Below, in pieces: positions 23,627 to 35,440 of a stretch of DNA of 64,000 bases (its first letter is position 1; each line of letters starts with the position of its first letter). The DNA is from Neoechinorhynchus agilis (lineage: Eukaryota; Animalia; Acanthocephala). The stretch lies in the NCBI GenBank assembly GCA_051530055.1, contig CM121341.1, positions 7,666,784-7,730,783 on the forward strand, given 5' to 3'. The notes under the pieces are model-generated. The model made no database searches. It saw nothing but the letters and a program-made list of their open reading frames with translations, and had not been told where the DNA came from. The position numbers and the translations under genes were made by a program.

Positions 23627-24039
23627 CTCGTTAAAGTTACAATGATTTTTCCACAAGATTTCCGGACGTTAAGAAAGCAAAATCGAGATTTTAACAGTGC
23701 GAAAGAACGAAGATTTCTATTGTGTAATATTTGATGGATTTTTTTAATTGTGTGATCCCGAAAATGTTCAACTTTATTCTCCGACGGATGAGCGTTAATC
23801 AACTATTGAACACGGGAATGATGGCCTTTTCAATGACCTTTTTCTGCTGCTGTGCTCTCTACAAAGGATTCAAAACCATTAGAAACGATTCCATGGAACT
23901 TAGTTGTCAAAAAGAAATAACTGGATTGATTCAACGTGAAAACCCGAATTCTGAAATTTGAGCAACTTGTTAATCGCGTATAAATTCTACTGCTAAACTG
24001 AAAAAATCAATTCGTAAAATTCAAAAGTGGCATCTATGG

Positions 24040-25045
24040 GAAAGCTAGATTGTTGGCAGTTTCGACACGAGAATCGGGGGCGTGGTTGGAGGCTGTTCCT
24101 CTGGCATCTATGGGAACTCTTCTCACTGATGAGGTAACGAGGATCGCAGTGTCCTTAAGACTTGGTCTCTTGATATGCACGCTTCATCGCTGTCGATGTG
24201 GGTCCTTGGTTGATGCTTTCGGGCGACACGGTCTCGTCTGCAGAAGGTCAGGAGGAAGGTTCTCACGCCATTCTGAAATCAATAACGCAATTTCTCGGGC
24301 ATTAAGAACGGCGAACTTCCCCAACATCTTGGAACCCGCTCTTCTTTGTCGACTAGACGGCCGTCAACCTGACGGAATTTCGGTCTTTCCGTGGCGGCAA
24401 GGCAAAACAGTACATTGAACCTTCATTATTGCCTTTAAATCGTCTGATGGCAATTTAAAGACTTTAATAAGGTCGCAGATATCAGAACTTGTGGTTCCAT
24501 TGACTTTGAAATCCATTTGCTTCAATGTCTTGTGGGTAATCGATATCCTGCATTCGTAAAATTCAAAAGTACTGAACATTAAATTAACATCAAAAGGTAG
24601 AACCTCATCAACGTCATCATGGAACATCTCAGTGTACGAAATTGAATCCGGTATTTAAAATTGCAATAATTTGAAACAATTCCATAATTGCGATCAAAAC
24701 GTAGAGATTTTTTCCGATTAGCCTAACGATTCATGTAGATGAGTTGTAGGATCACTTCCATTCTTGGACCGTTTGAAAAGGTTGCCGGGACGCCACGAGT
24801 GTGGACACCCTCGCGCAGTAAGCAACATTCCGTAATCTCTTGAAATCGCTGGAGGTGCAGCGGAAAGGAGGAAGGTACGAAAATATAGGGATTTAGCAAA
24901 GGTCCACTATTTTGTCCCCTTCGAAGTAGAGACGTATGGAGCGCATGGCAGCTCGGCACTCTGCTCCAGGATTGTATCTCGTTTGCAGTACAACGAGGCA
25001 ATGCTGCTAGCGTGATAGCGAAAGCCGAGGAAGGAGAAAAGCTAA
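24040..25045 (+). mobile_element. Near-identical second copy (offset ~7116 bp) of the RLE retrotransposon 3' segment, including its 372-bp insertion
   Basis: ORFs 24050..24418 and 24364..24627 match 16697..17302 and 17248..17511 almost residue for residue. Confidence 0.9.
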
Positions 25046-25434
25046 GATTTTGCGGACGGTGGTGATTGCACGTTTTGTGTTTTTTTTATTAATTAACAAA
25101 AAATGTTTTCGTTTAACCGATGATTAAAAGGACGTATAGATAAAAAATGTATGCTTTCCACAAACTATTTTACTGCTCATTCGATTTTTCATCATTCGCT
25201 ATGTTATAACTTTATTTGACGCAGTATTAGTCAGGATTTTCTTTTTATTATCCCAGTGAATGCTCTTTTTTAAAATGATTTTAAGTTCCATTTTTTGGTC
25301 GATGTGCGATACGTTTTAGATATTATTTTAATTTTCGTGACCGTCCGGCTCGTTTTTTATTGGTGACCTGATTCGATTTCTACCATTTGAAGATTGATGC
25401 GCGATGTTTTTTAGATATATTTTGTTTTACTTTA

Positions 25435-25866
25435 ATGGATATTAAATCGAGCGAAGATATACGAGAACCGTCGATGGCATTGGTCTTAGATGATCCGATT
25501 TACACCCTAAACCGGATTATAGCTCAAGGACCAAAAAGACTTGCTTCAAAAGATTTCGAAGAGGAATTAGCGAAGCTTAGAGAACAGCTGACTTATTTGA
25601 GATTAAAGAAAGATACTACTGCCGATTGGGTTGAGTTTGGAATTGAAAAACTGATCGAATGGAAATCAACAAGCCCTCATTACACTCTCGGAAGTTCAGA
25701 AAAGACACAAAATCTTTCTGAAAAAAGAAGACCCACTGCATTCAGCGTCGTTGTGAGCGATGAACAACTAAAGTGGAACATTGAAATCCAGCAATTATTT
25801 GAAAAAAGAAAAGTAATGGCATGTATCGATTCAGTCATTGATCGAGTCATAAATATGTGGCTTTGA
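25435..25866 (+). CDS. Hypothetical protein (~143 aa), convergent with the next gene
   Basis: Unique-sequence ORF with coding-like composition; no recognised motif. Confidence 0.5.
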   Translation: MDIKSSEDIREPSMALVLDDPIYTLNRIIAQGPKRLASKDFEEELAKLREQLTYLRLKKDTTADWVEFGIEKLIEWKSTSPHYTLGSSEKTQNLSEKRRPTAFSVVVSDEQLKWNIEIQQLFEKRKVMACIDSVIDRVINMWL

Positions 25867-25881
25867 AATAGACGATTTTGT

Positions 25882-26295
25882 CTACGGTTCAGCTATAAGC
25901 TTGTGCCGTCTCCGTTTACGTCTTGCCAGTTTTACCTTGATGTTTGAAATCACTGCGTCTACGATGAATTTGAGTATCAAAAGAATGATGCGAGGAAACT
26001 TAACGTACAATGTGACTCCAAAAGCACTGATGCAAACGAACGTTAGAACAGTTCCTCGGGATTTTCTCTCGATTGCTTTAATTGGTGTCTTATTATCCCC
26101 GAGTTTAAAACAAGACACCAAACTATCGACATTGTCTTTCAATGCCTTGATCATCTCCCAAGCCTCTTCGTCGCATTCCAAGATTAATTTATCGTCTTTC
26201 TCCCCAAATGAAGATTCCTTTAGTTCATCATCATCATCATCATCGAGTGCCCATACCAAAATCACTGTGAGTAATAAAAAAACGAGCAGACGCAT
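25882..26295 (-). CDS. Small predicted type I membrane protein
   Basis: Signal peptide MRLLVFLLLTVILVWA, acidic DDDDDD tract, hydrophobic VLTFVCISAFGVTLYV segment and basic RRKRRRHK tail. Confidence 0.65.
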   Translation of the reverse strand: MRLLVFLLLTVILVWALDDDDDDELKESSFGEKDDKLILECDEEAWEMIKALKDNVDSLVSCFKLGDNKTPIKAIERKSRGTVLTFVCISAFGVTLYVKFPRIILLILKFIVDAVISNIKVKLARRKRRRHKLIAEP

Positions 26296-26920
26296 CTTTC
26301 AGTGTCAAAGAGTTTGGGTGATACAATTGAACGCACACTAGCACTTGTTTTATGTATTGTAAAGAGTTTACATGTCCTTTGTTTTTTGGAAACATCACTG
26401 TAATCATCAAAATAAAAACATAGTCTAAAAGTCGCATTCAAAATTTCTTGGGTTGTATTCGTTCTCGAAACGATTTTAGTTTCGTAGCAAAAATGGATAA
26501 AAAAGTATGTTAAAATATTGATACTTTGGAGTTTTTTGAGTACATCTCTAGGCGATGAATTGGTCAATGGCGTGCACTTGCTTTGTAGTAGAAAATAAAT
26601 ATTTTTTTCAAAGGAAACATTTCTGATTCTTATTAGTAGATGGCAATTTGTTTGGGCGAAAGCAAAAATTCTACACAAAAAAATGGAGCCTGAAATCACT
26701 CCAAGAGAGTAAAATTGTCGAACTAATGATTTCCCGTGATATTAATTGATTTATTGAAAATTTTCTCCATCAAAAAAGTGATCTCTCATCATCCTCAGAT
26801 TCCAAGACGGCATCAATTAATATCGCGTGGAGGTTAAAAAGAGTAAAGTTGCGCCAAAACAATCAATCATTCAAGATTGTGCACTCTTTTAAGAAAAAAC
26901 TTTTCAGATGATTCTCGAAA

Positions 26921-29900
26921 TCAATAGTATTGATCGAATAAAACGTCCTCTAATGACATCACATCAAAGTCAGCATGTCTCCAATCGCTGGACCATTTAT
27001 GAAACAAGATATCCATGGTTCGTGGCTCATGCAACCAATGAAATCCATTTTGGTCAAACCATCCACTCTCGGACGTTGTTAGCCAAACGAAAATAACCGG
27101 TCGAGAAGTGCTAAGACTCACAATTATTGTTCTCGCATCTTTATGGTAAACGTTTGTAATTCGCACGGATTTTGATGACCCGATCGATTGTTCCTTGAAA
27201 TATTCAATGGGCTTATTGGTTGTCATAGCGTATTTGGGCGTTTTTGTTCCAGAAATCGTTGTGATCAGGTTACAGCCGATAATTAAACCAGGTCTTATGT
27301 TTAAAACGGTCCTCGACAATAAACCAATTCGACTTATTGGAACTTTAAGTCCAATATCTTCTGTTTCGAATTTCCTAACCGAATACAAATCGCATCGTAT
27401 ACTCGTTCCGTTCATAACGCTTCCAAACCAATACAGCTCAAGTATTTTGTCTTGGTATTTTATGACCAGAGATGATTCTAAGCTTCTTTTCAAAATACTC
27501 CTCAGCCGATAATGTGCCATTTTCCACCGATGACAACCGTGTTCAATTGTGGACCAAGATGGACCTACCCAAGTGTCCACCAACATCCAATACAAACATC
27601 CTCCATTTCCATTTATCAAATACTCTTCAAATACGTTCCCAATCACTTGCGATTGACTAAGTTGTGTGAGGTATGCGACTTTGGTCAATGAGTGGTTGCT
27701 GCCGTACAAGTTAAACCTCTTACTAAGATCCTTCGATAGTATTGAGTATCCATTTGGATGCCGTTGTCGGTGCACGAAGAGAGGATGATCGGTCGTTGTG
27801 ACCGGATCGACCGATGATGCCGATGACCAATCGAATGGAATCGACTGAACACCGAATTCAGACAGGAGTAACGCTCTCGGTGCGTAATCGTACACTAATG
27901 CCACGCCAGTCGTGATTCCGGATTGATTATTAAAAAAAAGGGACGAAATATTTCGATCAACGAAAAACTCACTAATGAGTCCCGCCTCCTCCTCTTCCTT
28001 ATGGAGAAAACTCGTAATCGTATTTTTTTGAGGGTCTAATTCCCCGACCACTCAGATCGCTGGGCTGTACGCTTAAAAAGAAAAATTATAAGCCGTCTAA
28101 AGGTTGCTCACACTTCAATACTAAAATTTAAAAAAAAGGTAGCCGTCCAGCTAGACTTTAAATGAAATAATTGGCCCGAGGGATAAATACTGGCCGAAAT
28201 TTGTACATTCCGTTGTTGTGTCGAGATGGTCCAGTGGACTTTAGCCTCGGACCCCGTTTTAGGTGGGTTAAAGGGGTTCAAAATCCACAATGGCCGATGG
28301 ATCATAACCAAAAAAAGGGACGAAATATTTCGATCAACGAAAAACTCACTAATGAGTCCCGCCTCCTCCTCTTCCTTATGGAGAAAACTCGTAATCGTAT
28401 TTTTTAGGGTCTAATTCCCCGACCACTCAGATCGCTGGGCTGTACGCTTAAAAAGAAAAATTATAAGCCGTCTAAAGGTTGCTCACACTTCAATACTAAA
28501 ATTTAAAAAAAAGGTAGCCGTCCAGCTAGACTTTAAATGAAATAATTGGCCCGAGGGATAAATACTGGCCGAAATTTGTACATTCCGTTGTTGTGTCAGG
28601 TGGTCCAGTGGACTTTAGCCTCGGACCCCTGTTTTAGGTGGGTTAAAGGGGTTCAAAATCCACAATGGCCGATGGATCATAACCAAAAAAAGGGACGAAA
28701 TATTTCGATCAACGAAAAACTCACTAATGAGTCCCGCCTCCTCCTCTTCCTTATGGAGAAACTCTAATCGTATTTTTTTGAGGGTCTAATTCCCCGACCA
28801 CTCAGATCGCTGGGCTGTACGCTTAAAAAGAAAAATTATAAGCCGTCTAAAGGTTGCTCACACTTCAATACTAAAATTTAAAAAAAAGGTAGCCGTCCAG
28901 CTAGACTTTAAATGAAATAATTGGCCCGAGGGATAAATACTGGCCGAAATTTGTACATTCCGTTGTTGTGTCGAGGTGGTCCAGTGGACTTTAGCCTCGG
29001 ACCCCTGTTTTAGGTGGGTTAAAGGGGTTCAAAATCCACAATGGCCGATGGATCATAACCAAAAAAAGGGACGAAATATTTCGATCAACGAAAAACTCAC
29101 TAATGAGTCCCGCCTCCTCCTCTTCCTTATGGAGAAAACTCGTAATCGTATTTTTTTGAGGGTCTAATTCCCCGACCACTCAGATCGCTGGGCTGTACGC
29201 TTAAAAAGAAAAATTATAAGCCGTCTAAAGGTTGCTCACACTTCAATACTAAAATTTAAAAAAAAGGTAGCCGTCCAGCTAGACTTTAAATGAAATAATT
29301 GGCCCGAGGGATAAATACTGGCCGAAATTTGTACATTCCGTTGTTGTGTCGAGGTGGTCCAGTGGACTTTAGCCTCGGACCCCTGTTTTAGGTGGGTTAA
29401 AGGGGTTCAAAATCCACAATGGCCGATGGATCATAACCAAAAAAAGGGACGAAATATTTCGATCAACGAAAAACTCACTAATGAGTCCCGCCTCCTCCTC
29501 TTCCTTATGGAGAAAACTCGTAGTCGTATTTTTTTGAGGGTCTAATTCCCCGACTACCCAAAAGGAAAAATTATAAGCCGTGAAAAAGGCTTCACTTCAG
29601 ATTTCTATTTCGAAGCAAACGTGACTCTTTTGAATATTTTTGGCAAATTACTTGAAAAACTCAAATGGAACCATGACCCTGCATTAAATATCTCCAATTG
29701 TCAACGAAAATATAGTCATAAAAGTGTGTATCACCTCGGTCTAACCGATTGGGATTGTTTGCAATTAGAAACGTCGAATTTAGTGACTCCTTTCCATTAG
29801 AAGGTGATGAGCCCATAACAGGTATTCCTTTAATTACACGAGCCAATTGATTAATTATCTTCTTGAACAATTGCTTGTAGTCTTCTTTAAGATCTATTGT

Positions 29901-32900
29901 TCCGTACCATTTTTCAGCGACAGCCAATTCGATTTCGTTATTCGCTGAAATCATCACAAGCGAACAGTGACCACCGATCCTCCCAAACTGCTCCTTGATC
30001 TCCTTCTTAACATTTCTAAGGAACTTCTTGTCTTTTGATGGATAAGAAGCACATGCAAATGCTGCCTCTTGCCAAACTAATATTCCATATCGATCAGTGA
30101 GCTCATAAAACTTATCGGATTCGTACAATCCACCTCCCCATACTCGGATGAAGTTTAATCCAGCTTCAATCACTGAAATTAGTAGACGACGCAGATATTC
30201 GTTATTGATTCGTGGCTGACTGGCATCGGGAGGAACCCAGTTCACGCCTTTTAAAAATAGCCCCACTCCGTTTACTTCCAAATAAAACATTGCCGGATCA
30301 TGTTCGTCCACTAGTTTTATATAACGAAAACCGATTGTATGATTGGTTGACATATGAAGTCCAGGCGGATAAATTACTTGAGTAAAAAGTCGGTACAATT
30401 TTTGCATTCCGTGATTTCGAGGATACCACAGCTCCGGTTCTTTACAAGGGTCTATTTTATGGAGCATTTTGGAGTTATAGATTTATAACTACCAACTTTA
30501 ATGATTCTATTCATATTTATCTCGTTCATTAAATTGCGGGAAAAAAAGAAGAAATTTCTGTAGGTAATTGTTTAGAAGTCTACATCCGCAATAAATGATT
30601 ATTTCGATTAAAGACGTTCTGAGAACCTCTAAAGGGGTTAATCATCAGTTCTAAAATACAAGTGGCTAAATGCTTATTTCGCTCTCACACGCTCTTATGG
30701 TTGATTTTGTTGGTTTATTTCGGTTAGCTGTTAAGACAGAGTTTGTATCCTCGTCGGTCATTGAGGTCCGGTTTCTTTCCTTGGATTAAGAAGGCTTCCT
30801 TTATTAAGAACGTCGAAAATTGTTGCATTTACTTGCTAAAACCATTGTTTTGTCGAAATTGACCAAGTGGCCAGTTTGCACCTCGTTCAACACACGATTC
30901 GATGATACCACCTTCTCCGTCTTGGACTGTTTATATTCTGCCAATCTCGTCTTCAGATTCCGGCATGTTTGTCCGATGTAATTGCTGTTTCATTGACCAT
31001 AGGAAACTTTGTAGACAACAACCCTCTTTTCTAATTCCTATTATTTCCGGGGGAAATGAGGTTTCTTATCAGCACAACGACAAACCGCTGTTCTTAGTTA
31101 TTCTCAAGGTATTGTTTCGCCAACCGGAAATTCGTGGGCTTGACCAAACAATGGTTTTAGCAAGTGAACGCAATAATTTTCGACGTTCTTAATTAAAAAA
31201 ACCTTCTTAATCCAAGGACAGAAACCGGACCTCAATGACCGACGAGGTTCCAAACTCTGCCTTCACTGCTAAAAAAAACTCATCCACTTGTATTTTAGAA
31301 CTGACGATAAACCCCTTTAGAGGTTCGTAGAACGTCCTTTTAAGCGAAATAATCATTTACTTCGGGTGTAGACTTCTAACCATAATTCTCTAATCACACA
31401 TTCCCCGGTACATCCTCATTTTTAAAAAAACACAGTAAGAAATAGACTCTATGTTTTGTGTCCAGTGCAAGGGTAAAACTTTGTTTTTCTAACGCGACAC
31501 CTTTTTTGAGGAGAATCTTTGTTTGCCAATTTAAATCCTGGATGCTAATACGGATCGTCATGTCAACATGAACCTGAATGTTCTTAAAAGTCACATAAAC
31601 ATACCAAATCTTTGATTTACGAAATACGTTAACATTGGTTTCGTAAAGTGGTTCGTTGAGCATCAAAATCTCGGCTCGAGTTCCTGTAAGACCGATGGGT
31701 GATAAACTTGGTGCCCAGTCCCATCCAAACGAGAATTGTGGTTGTCGCAAAAAGTTCACATGAGATAATCCGTATATGTAGGGTTTATCGGGTGGAACAT
31801 CGTAACCAAATATACTTTTGTATTTCCAGGATTTCTTCATAGCGTAGCTAACCGGTGAACGAAATGTAATGGCGAGTTCATTTTGGCCTAATTTTAAGGG
31901 TATTTTGAAATATATTACAGGCTTCAGTGATATACGGACAACTACGGGTTCGAGCGGGAAATTGGTTTAAGAAACATTTGTTACATGATGATTTTGGCCG
32001 GTATGTAGAGTCTAACGTTTTTAGAACTACCAAAGTAATGATGAACCCAGCGGTGAGGTTCGCTTATCGTTTTTAATCGAAAAAGAGGGATAACAATGAG
32101 TCTCGTATCTGCTATTTCTTTTTTAATTATTAGCGATAAGAGCTCGATTTTCGACCATGGTGATTTTTATTGTAAAGAAATTATTCATTGTAGTTTCAGT
32201 TTCAATTAGCGATGTTTGATTCAGAAAATAGATTTATATGAAGATTGGCCAGCCGTAATTTTATATCAATGTGTGGCCTTTTTATGACACGGCTGATAAT
32301 TTTCGGGCACACAGCCCACCGATTTGGTTCAGGGAAGTAATTCAATCACTCAATGCACTGAACCATACAGTTATGAGTTTGTAAGAATCCCTCCGGATCC
32401 TCAGATACCTCCCGAGAATGCGGGACTATTCAGTGAGTTTCCTCCCTTCAACGAGGTATTTCGTCCCTCGTTTGGTTGTGCGTCATTGGCGGTAACGGAT
32501 TCGAATCAGTTGACCCTTAATCGGGATCACGGGCATTAGTCCACTTTTGAATTACTTCTCTGAACCAAATCGGTGGGCTGTGTGCCCAAACATTAACAGC
32601 CGTGTGATAAATAGATTTATCTTGAAAAATTTCGGCTTTTTCGTTTGCTTTCTTCGGTCAATTGTAAAAAAGGGGTGATTTTTATATTTTGTGGAGCACC
32701 TTAAATCGCTGATTCTTGTCTTATCGGAATAAATGCGCTATCTGACTTGCCAATAATCTTACCGTTGACGTAAAATCTAGCGATTGTTTGTACTTGATCT
32801 ATGATTAGCCAGGTTGACAAAAACCTTTCTGGTGGATTTGTAATGTTGAAAATTGTCCGGATAGTCCAAGACGTATTTTCAATAATCCATCGCTGGTCAA

Positions 32901-33123
32901 TATCGTTAAAATCCTTCATGGGATCACCAATGATTTGAAGATCGTCAGTGCAGATTCTCTGCAGAGAACGACCAACAATGTTTTCAATGATTCGATTGTC
33001 AATTGTTTGTTCTCTGTCATTTGACAATATCCAGCGACTTGTTGACAAATCAATAACTTTTGTCAAAGAGACAACTTCGAGTAAAAGATACCACAGTTTG
33101 AAATGGCTGCTAAAATTAAACAT
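26921..33123 (-). CDS. MANBA: Beta-mannosidase (GH2); exons 33123-32723, 31913-31451, 30446-29690, 27891-26921
   Basis: FGWDWAP, LKGVNWVP, RVWGGGLYE, WQEAAFAC, NNEIE (acid/base), GDTHFYDY, SEFGVQS (nucleophile) and LYWMLVDTW. Confidence 0.92.
27892..29689 (-). other. Non-canonical hairpin intron 3 of MANBA (AT...GT, ~1798 nt)
   Basis: ATTTAATGCAGGGTCATGGTTCC ... GGAATCACGACTGGCGTGGCATTAGTGT; removal gives DNWRYDYAPRA, the same length as DCWNWKVFPKA. Confidence 0.65.
27930..29555 (+). repeat. Tandem array, ~378-bp unit, ~4.3 copies, with a tRNA-like head (SINE-like), inside MANBA intron 3
   Basis: Units contain TGGTCCAGTGG (A-box-like) and GGTTCAAAATCC (B-box-like), then GGGACGAAATA...CTAATGAGTCCC. 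Confidence 0.9.
30447..31450 (-). other. Non-canonical hairpin intron 2 of MANBA (AG...CT, 1004 nt)
   Basis: AGAGTCTATTT ... AAATAGACCCT pair in register at codon boundaries (TKH|CKEPELW). Confidence 0.7.
30565..31415. mobile_element. Penelope-like element remnant with ~250-290-bp inverted arms; a related end copy lies at ~45262-45375
   Basis: Minus strand YIGQTCRNLKTRLAEY...GHLVNFDK and IKEAFLIQGKKPDLN (GIY-YIG); 30565-30853 is the inverted copy of 31142-31390. Confidence 0.85.
31914..32722 (-). other. Non-canonical hairpin intron 1 of MANBA (AA...AT, 809 nt)
   Basis: AAGACAAGAATCAGCGAT ... ATCACTGAAGCCTGTAAT in register; removal gives SAFIPIYFKI, aligning with NMFNRYSFDI. Confidence 0.7.
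32281..32611. mobile_element. MITE-like element with ~65-bp TIRs enclosing a reversed copy of the tRNA-derived core
   Basis: ACACGGCTG...GGGCACACAGCCCACCGATTTGGTTCAG ... CTGAACCAAATCGGTGGGCTGTGTGCCC...CAGCCGTGT. Confidence 0.85.
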
Positions 33124-33429
33124 AATAACGTTAACTTTAAACGGTGAACAATAAGAAACGAATGCGTTTCCGAGACACGCACAATTTCTGGCAGTTATAT
33201 CTAGAAAAAGAAAGTAAAAAAAGTAATTCGACATTTCCTTTAGTGTTAAACACGCAAAATGTCGTTATGAGCCTACAAGAATTAACTCTTTGGTTTTCTT
33301 GATTTATGAGACGCAAGTAAAGTTTCTTAAAAAAATTTACGAAAATCATCTACGATGCCTTTTTTTTAATACAAAAAATTGCAATAGTTCTAAAAATTTG
33401 TGTCGGTCTTCAATGTTCGCAAAATTCAT

Positions 33430-34258
33430 GAAAAATTTAAATAAGAAAATAGAATTCAACTGCATTCTCCGAATCAATGCGTTTTCTTTTTCTTTTTATA
33501 CAAAATGCTCGTCTTCGTATTAGAAAAAAAAGAAGATTAGTCAATGGCTTCTTTTTTTACGCATTGTACAAAACGAAGCAAAGTGCCAAAACTATTAAGG
33601 AGAGAATTTTAAATCTTATTTTTTTGACAAATTTAAATAAGAAAATAGAATTCAACTGCATTCTCCGAATCAATGCGTTTTCTTTTTCTTTTTATACAAA
33701 ATGCTCGTCTTCGTATTAGAAAAAAAGAAGATTAGTCAATGGCTTCTTTTTTTACGCATTGTACAAAACGAAGCAAAGTGCCAAAACTATTAAGGAGAGA
33801 ATTTTAAATCTTATTTTTTTGACAAATTTAAATAAGAAAATAGAATTCAACTGCATTCTCCGAATCAATGCGTTTTCTTTTTCTTTTTATACAAAATGCT
33901 CGTCTTCGTATTAGAAAAAAAAAAGATTAGTCAATGGCTTCTTTTTTTACGCATTGTACAAAACGAAGCAAAGTGCCAAAACTATTAAGGAGAGAATTTT
34001 AAATCTTATTTTTTTGACAAATTTAAATAAGAAAATAGAATTCAACTGCATTCTCCGAATCAATGCGTTTTTTTTTTAATTTAAATAAGAAAATAGAATT
34101 CAACTGCATTCTCCGAATCAATGCGTTTTCTTTTTCTTTTTATACAAAATGCTCGTCTTCGTATTAGAAAAAAAGAAGATTAGTCAATGGCTTCTTTTTT
34201 TACGCATTGTACAAAACGAAGCAAAGTGCCAAAACTATTAAGGAGAGAATTTTAAATC
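33430..34258. repeat. Tandem array, ~195-bp unit, ~4.2 copies, between the divergent MANBA and 34322 genes
   Basis: AAATTTAAATAAGAAAATAG at 33433, 33629, 33824 and ~34020. Confidence 0.95.
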
Positions 34259-34321
34259 AGATCAAAAGTAACCACAGCAACGCTATTTTTGATCTGATTA
34301 CATTATGCTGAAAGTGATCAC

Positions 34322-34980
34322 ATGAGTTTCCGTGATTTGTATAATTCCCTTCGAGATTTGGAAGTCTTGATCAGATCGAATTTGTATTTGACTGAACTAT
34401 TAGTTAAATATAAGACAAGTGAGTACTGTTGATGGATACTCTCTCTCTGAGACGAACTTGAGATATTCATGTGCAGTTTTAAAGAAAACGAATTGGCTGA
34501 AAGATTTGTTTTACACAGTGAGTTATTTCAATCGTTGTTGGGTTTCGAATCCATTAATTTGAACAAAACTGCTACATTATTTGCAGTAGAAGCAAGCAGA
34601 CTTTCTAAGAGATTTAGATACATATCAACGGACTGTATGCGAGGCCTAAAGACCGTCGATGATTGTGTTCAAGAAATAATGGATTTCCGATTAAGCGTTA
34701 ATCAAGCAATCGGTAAATCGTTTAAAAGTATTGATTCCTTCAAACAAAAAGCAGCCAATAAGCACATAGAGCACTACGTATGCACATTGGTAGCGATCAA
34801 GACGATTCTGTTGCTCTTGTTCGATCAAGTGGATGATTTAACTGAAAAAAGAAGAGTTTCGTTACAAACGACGACGACGACGAATTGTAGAACTTCAATT
34901 GCTTACATCTTGTCTTGTTTGTCACAGCGATGCTCCGTTTGGGCTTACTCTTTGTACGGCAAATCATAATTTCATTCTAG
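34322..34980 (+). CDS. Hypothetical protein with candidate hairpin introns at ~34410-34466 and ~34864-34922
   Basis: MSFRDLYNSLRDLEVL... is in frame with ORF 34469 but separated by a stop-containing hairpin; ACAAACGACG ... CTTGTTTGT forms a second hairpin. Confidence 0.5.
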
Positions 34981-35374
34981 ACTCGAAATTATCAAAAACA
35001 TCTAAATTTTTGAAAAGGTGATCCGAAAAAGTTGTGTGTTCTGAAGCCTCACATTGAATCTTTTTTTCACAACATAATTAAACTCTATAATTCCAAAGGA
35101 TTTTCATCAGGTGACATCCGAAAACTTTAAATATCTAGTTTTTTAGCGTCCCAAATTAAGCATTTGATTTCTCCGAATTCAACGACCATTCTAATGGACG
35201 TTCAACCTTTTACGGGTTTTTTATTATCGAATTAAAAAAAGAGACTTGAATTGTGCTTATACTTTTAGATTCAAATACAATAGTATTTCATGGATTTATT
35301 TTGTTTGAGACCGTCCAATTTAATAAGTTCCTAAAGGGTTTTATAATTTGTTAATCAGCGCTCCCATTCATCGG

Positions 35375-35440
35375 CGCTGGCCAAAATGCTGGCCTGCACC
35401 GCAATGCTTATTTTTTGCGCCAAGAACGAAGGTTTGGAAA
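35375..35440 (-). mobile_element. Short 3'-terminal fragment of the RLE retrotransposon family seen at 61646-61830
   Basis: CATTCATCGGCGCTGGCCAAAATG ... GCACCGCAATGCTTATTTTTTG...AGAACGAAG is shared with 61649-61726. Confidence 0.6.

Noticed and set aside
23731-23961. Short ORF with a hydrophobic CCC stretch
   Set aside because: 76 aa, alternative start codon and no recognisable family; insufficient support.
27892-28051. N-terminus of ORF 26921..28051 (MVGELDP...EEEEAGLISEFF) as mannosidase coding sequence
   Set aside because: It is the reverse complement of the 378-bp array unit inside intron 3; homology starts at YDYAPRA.
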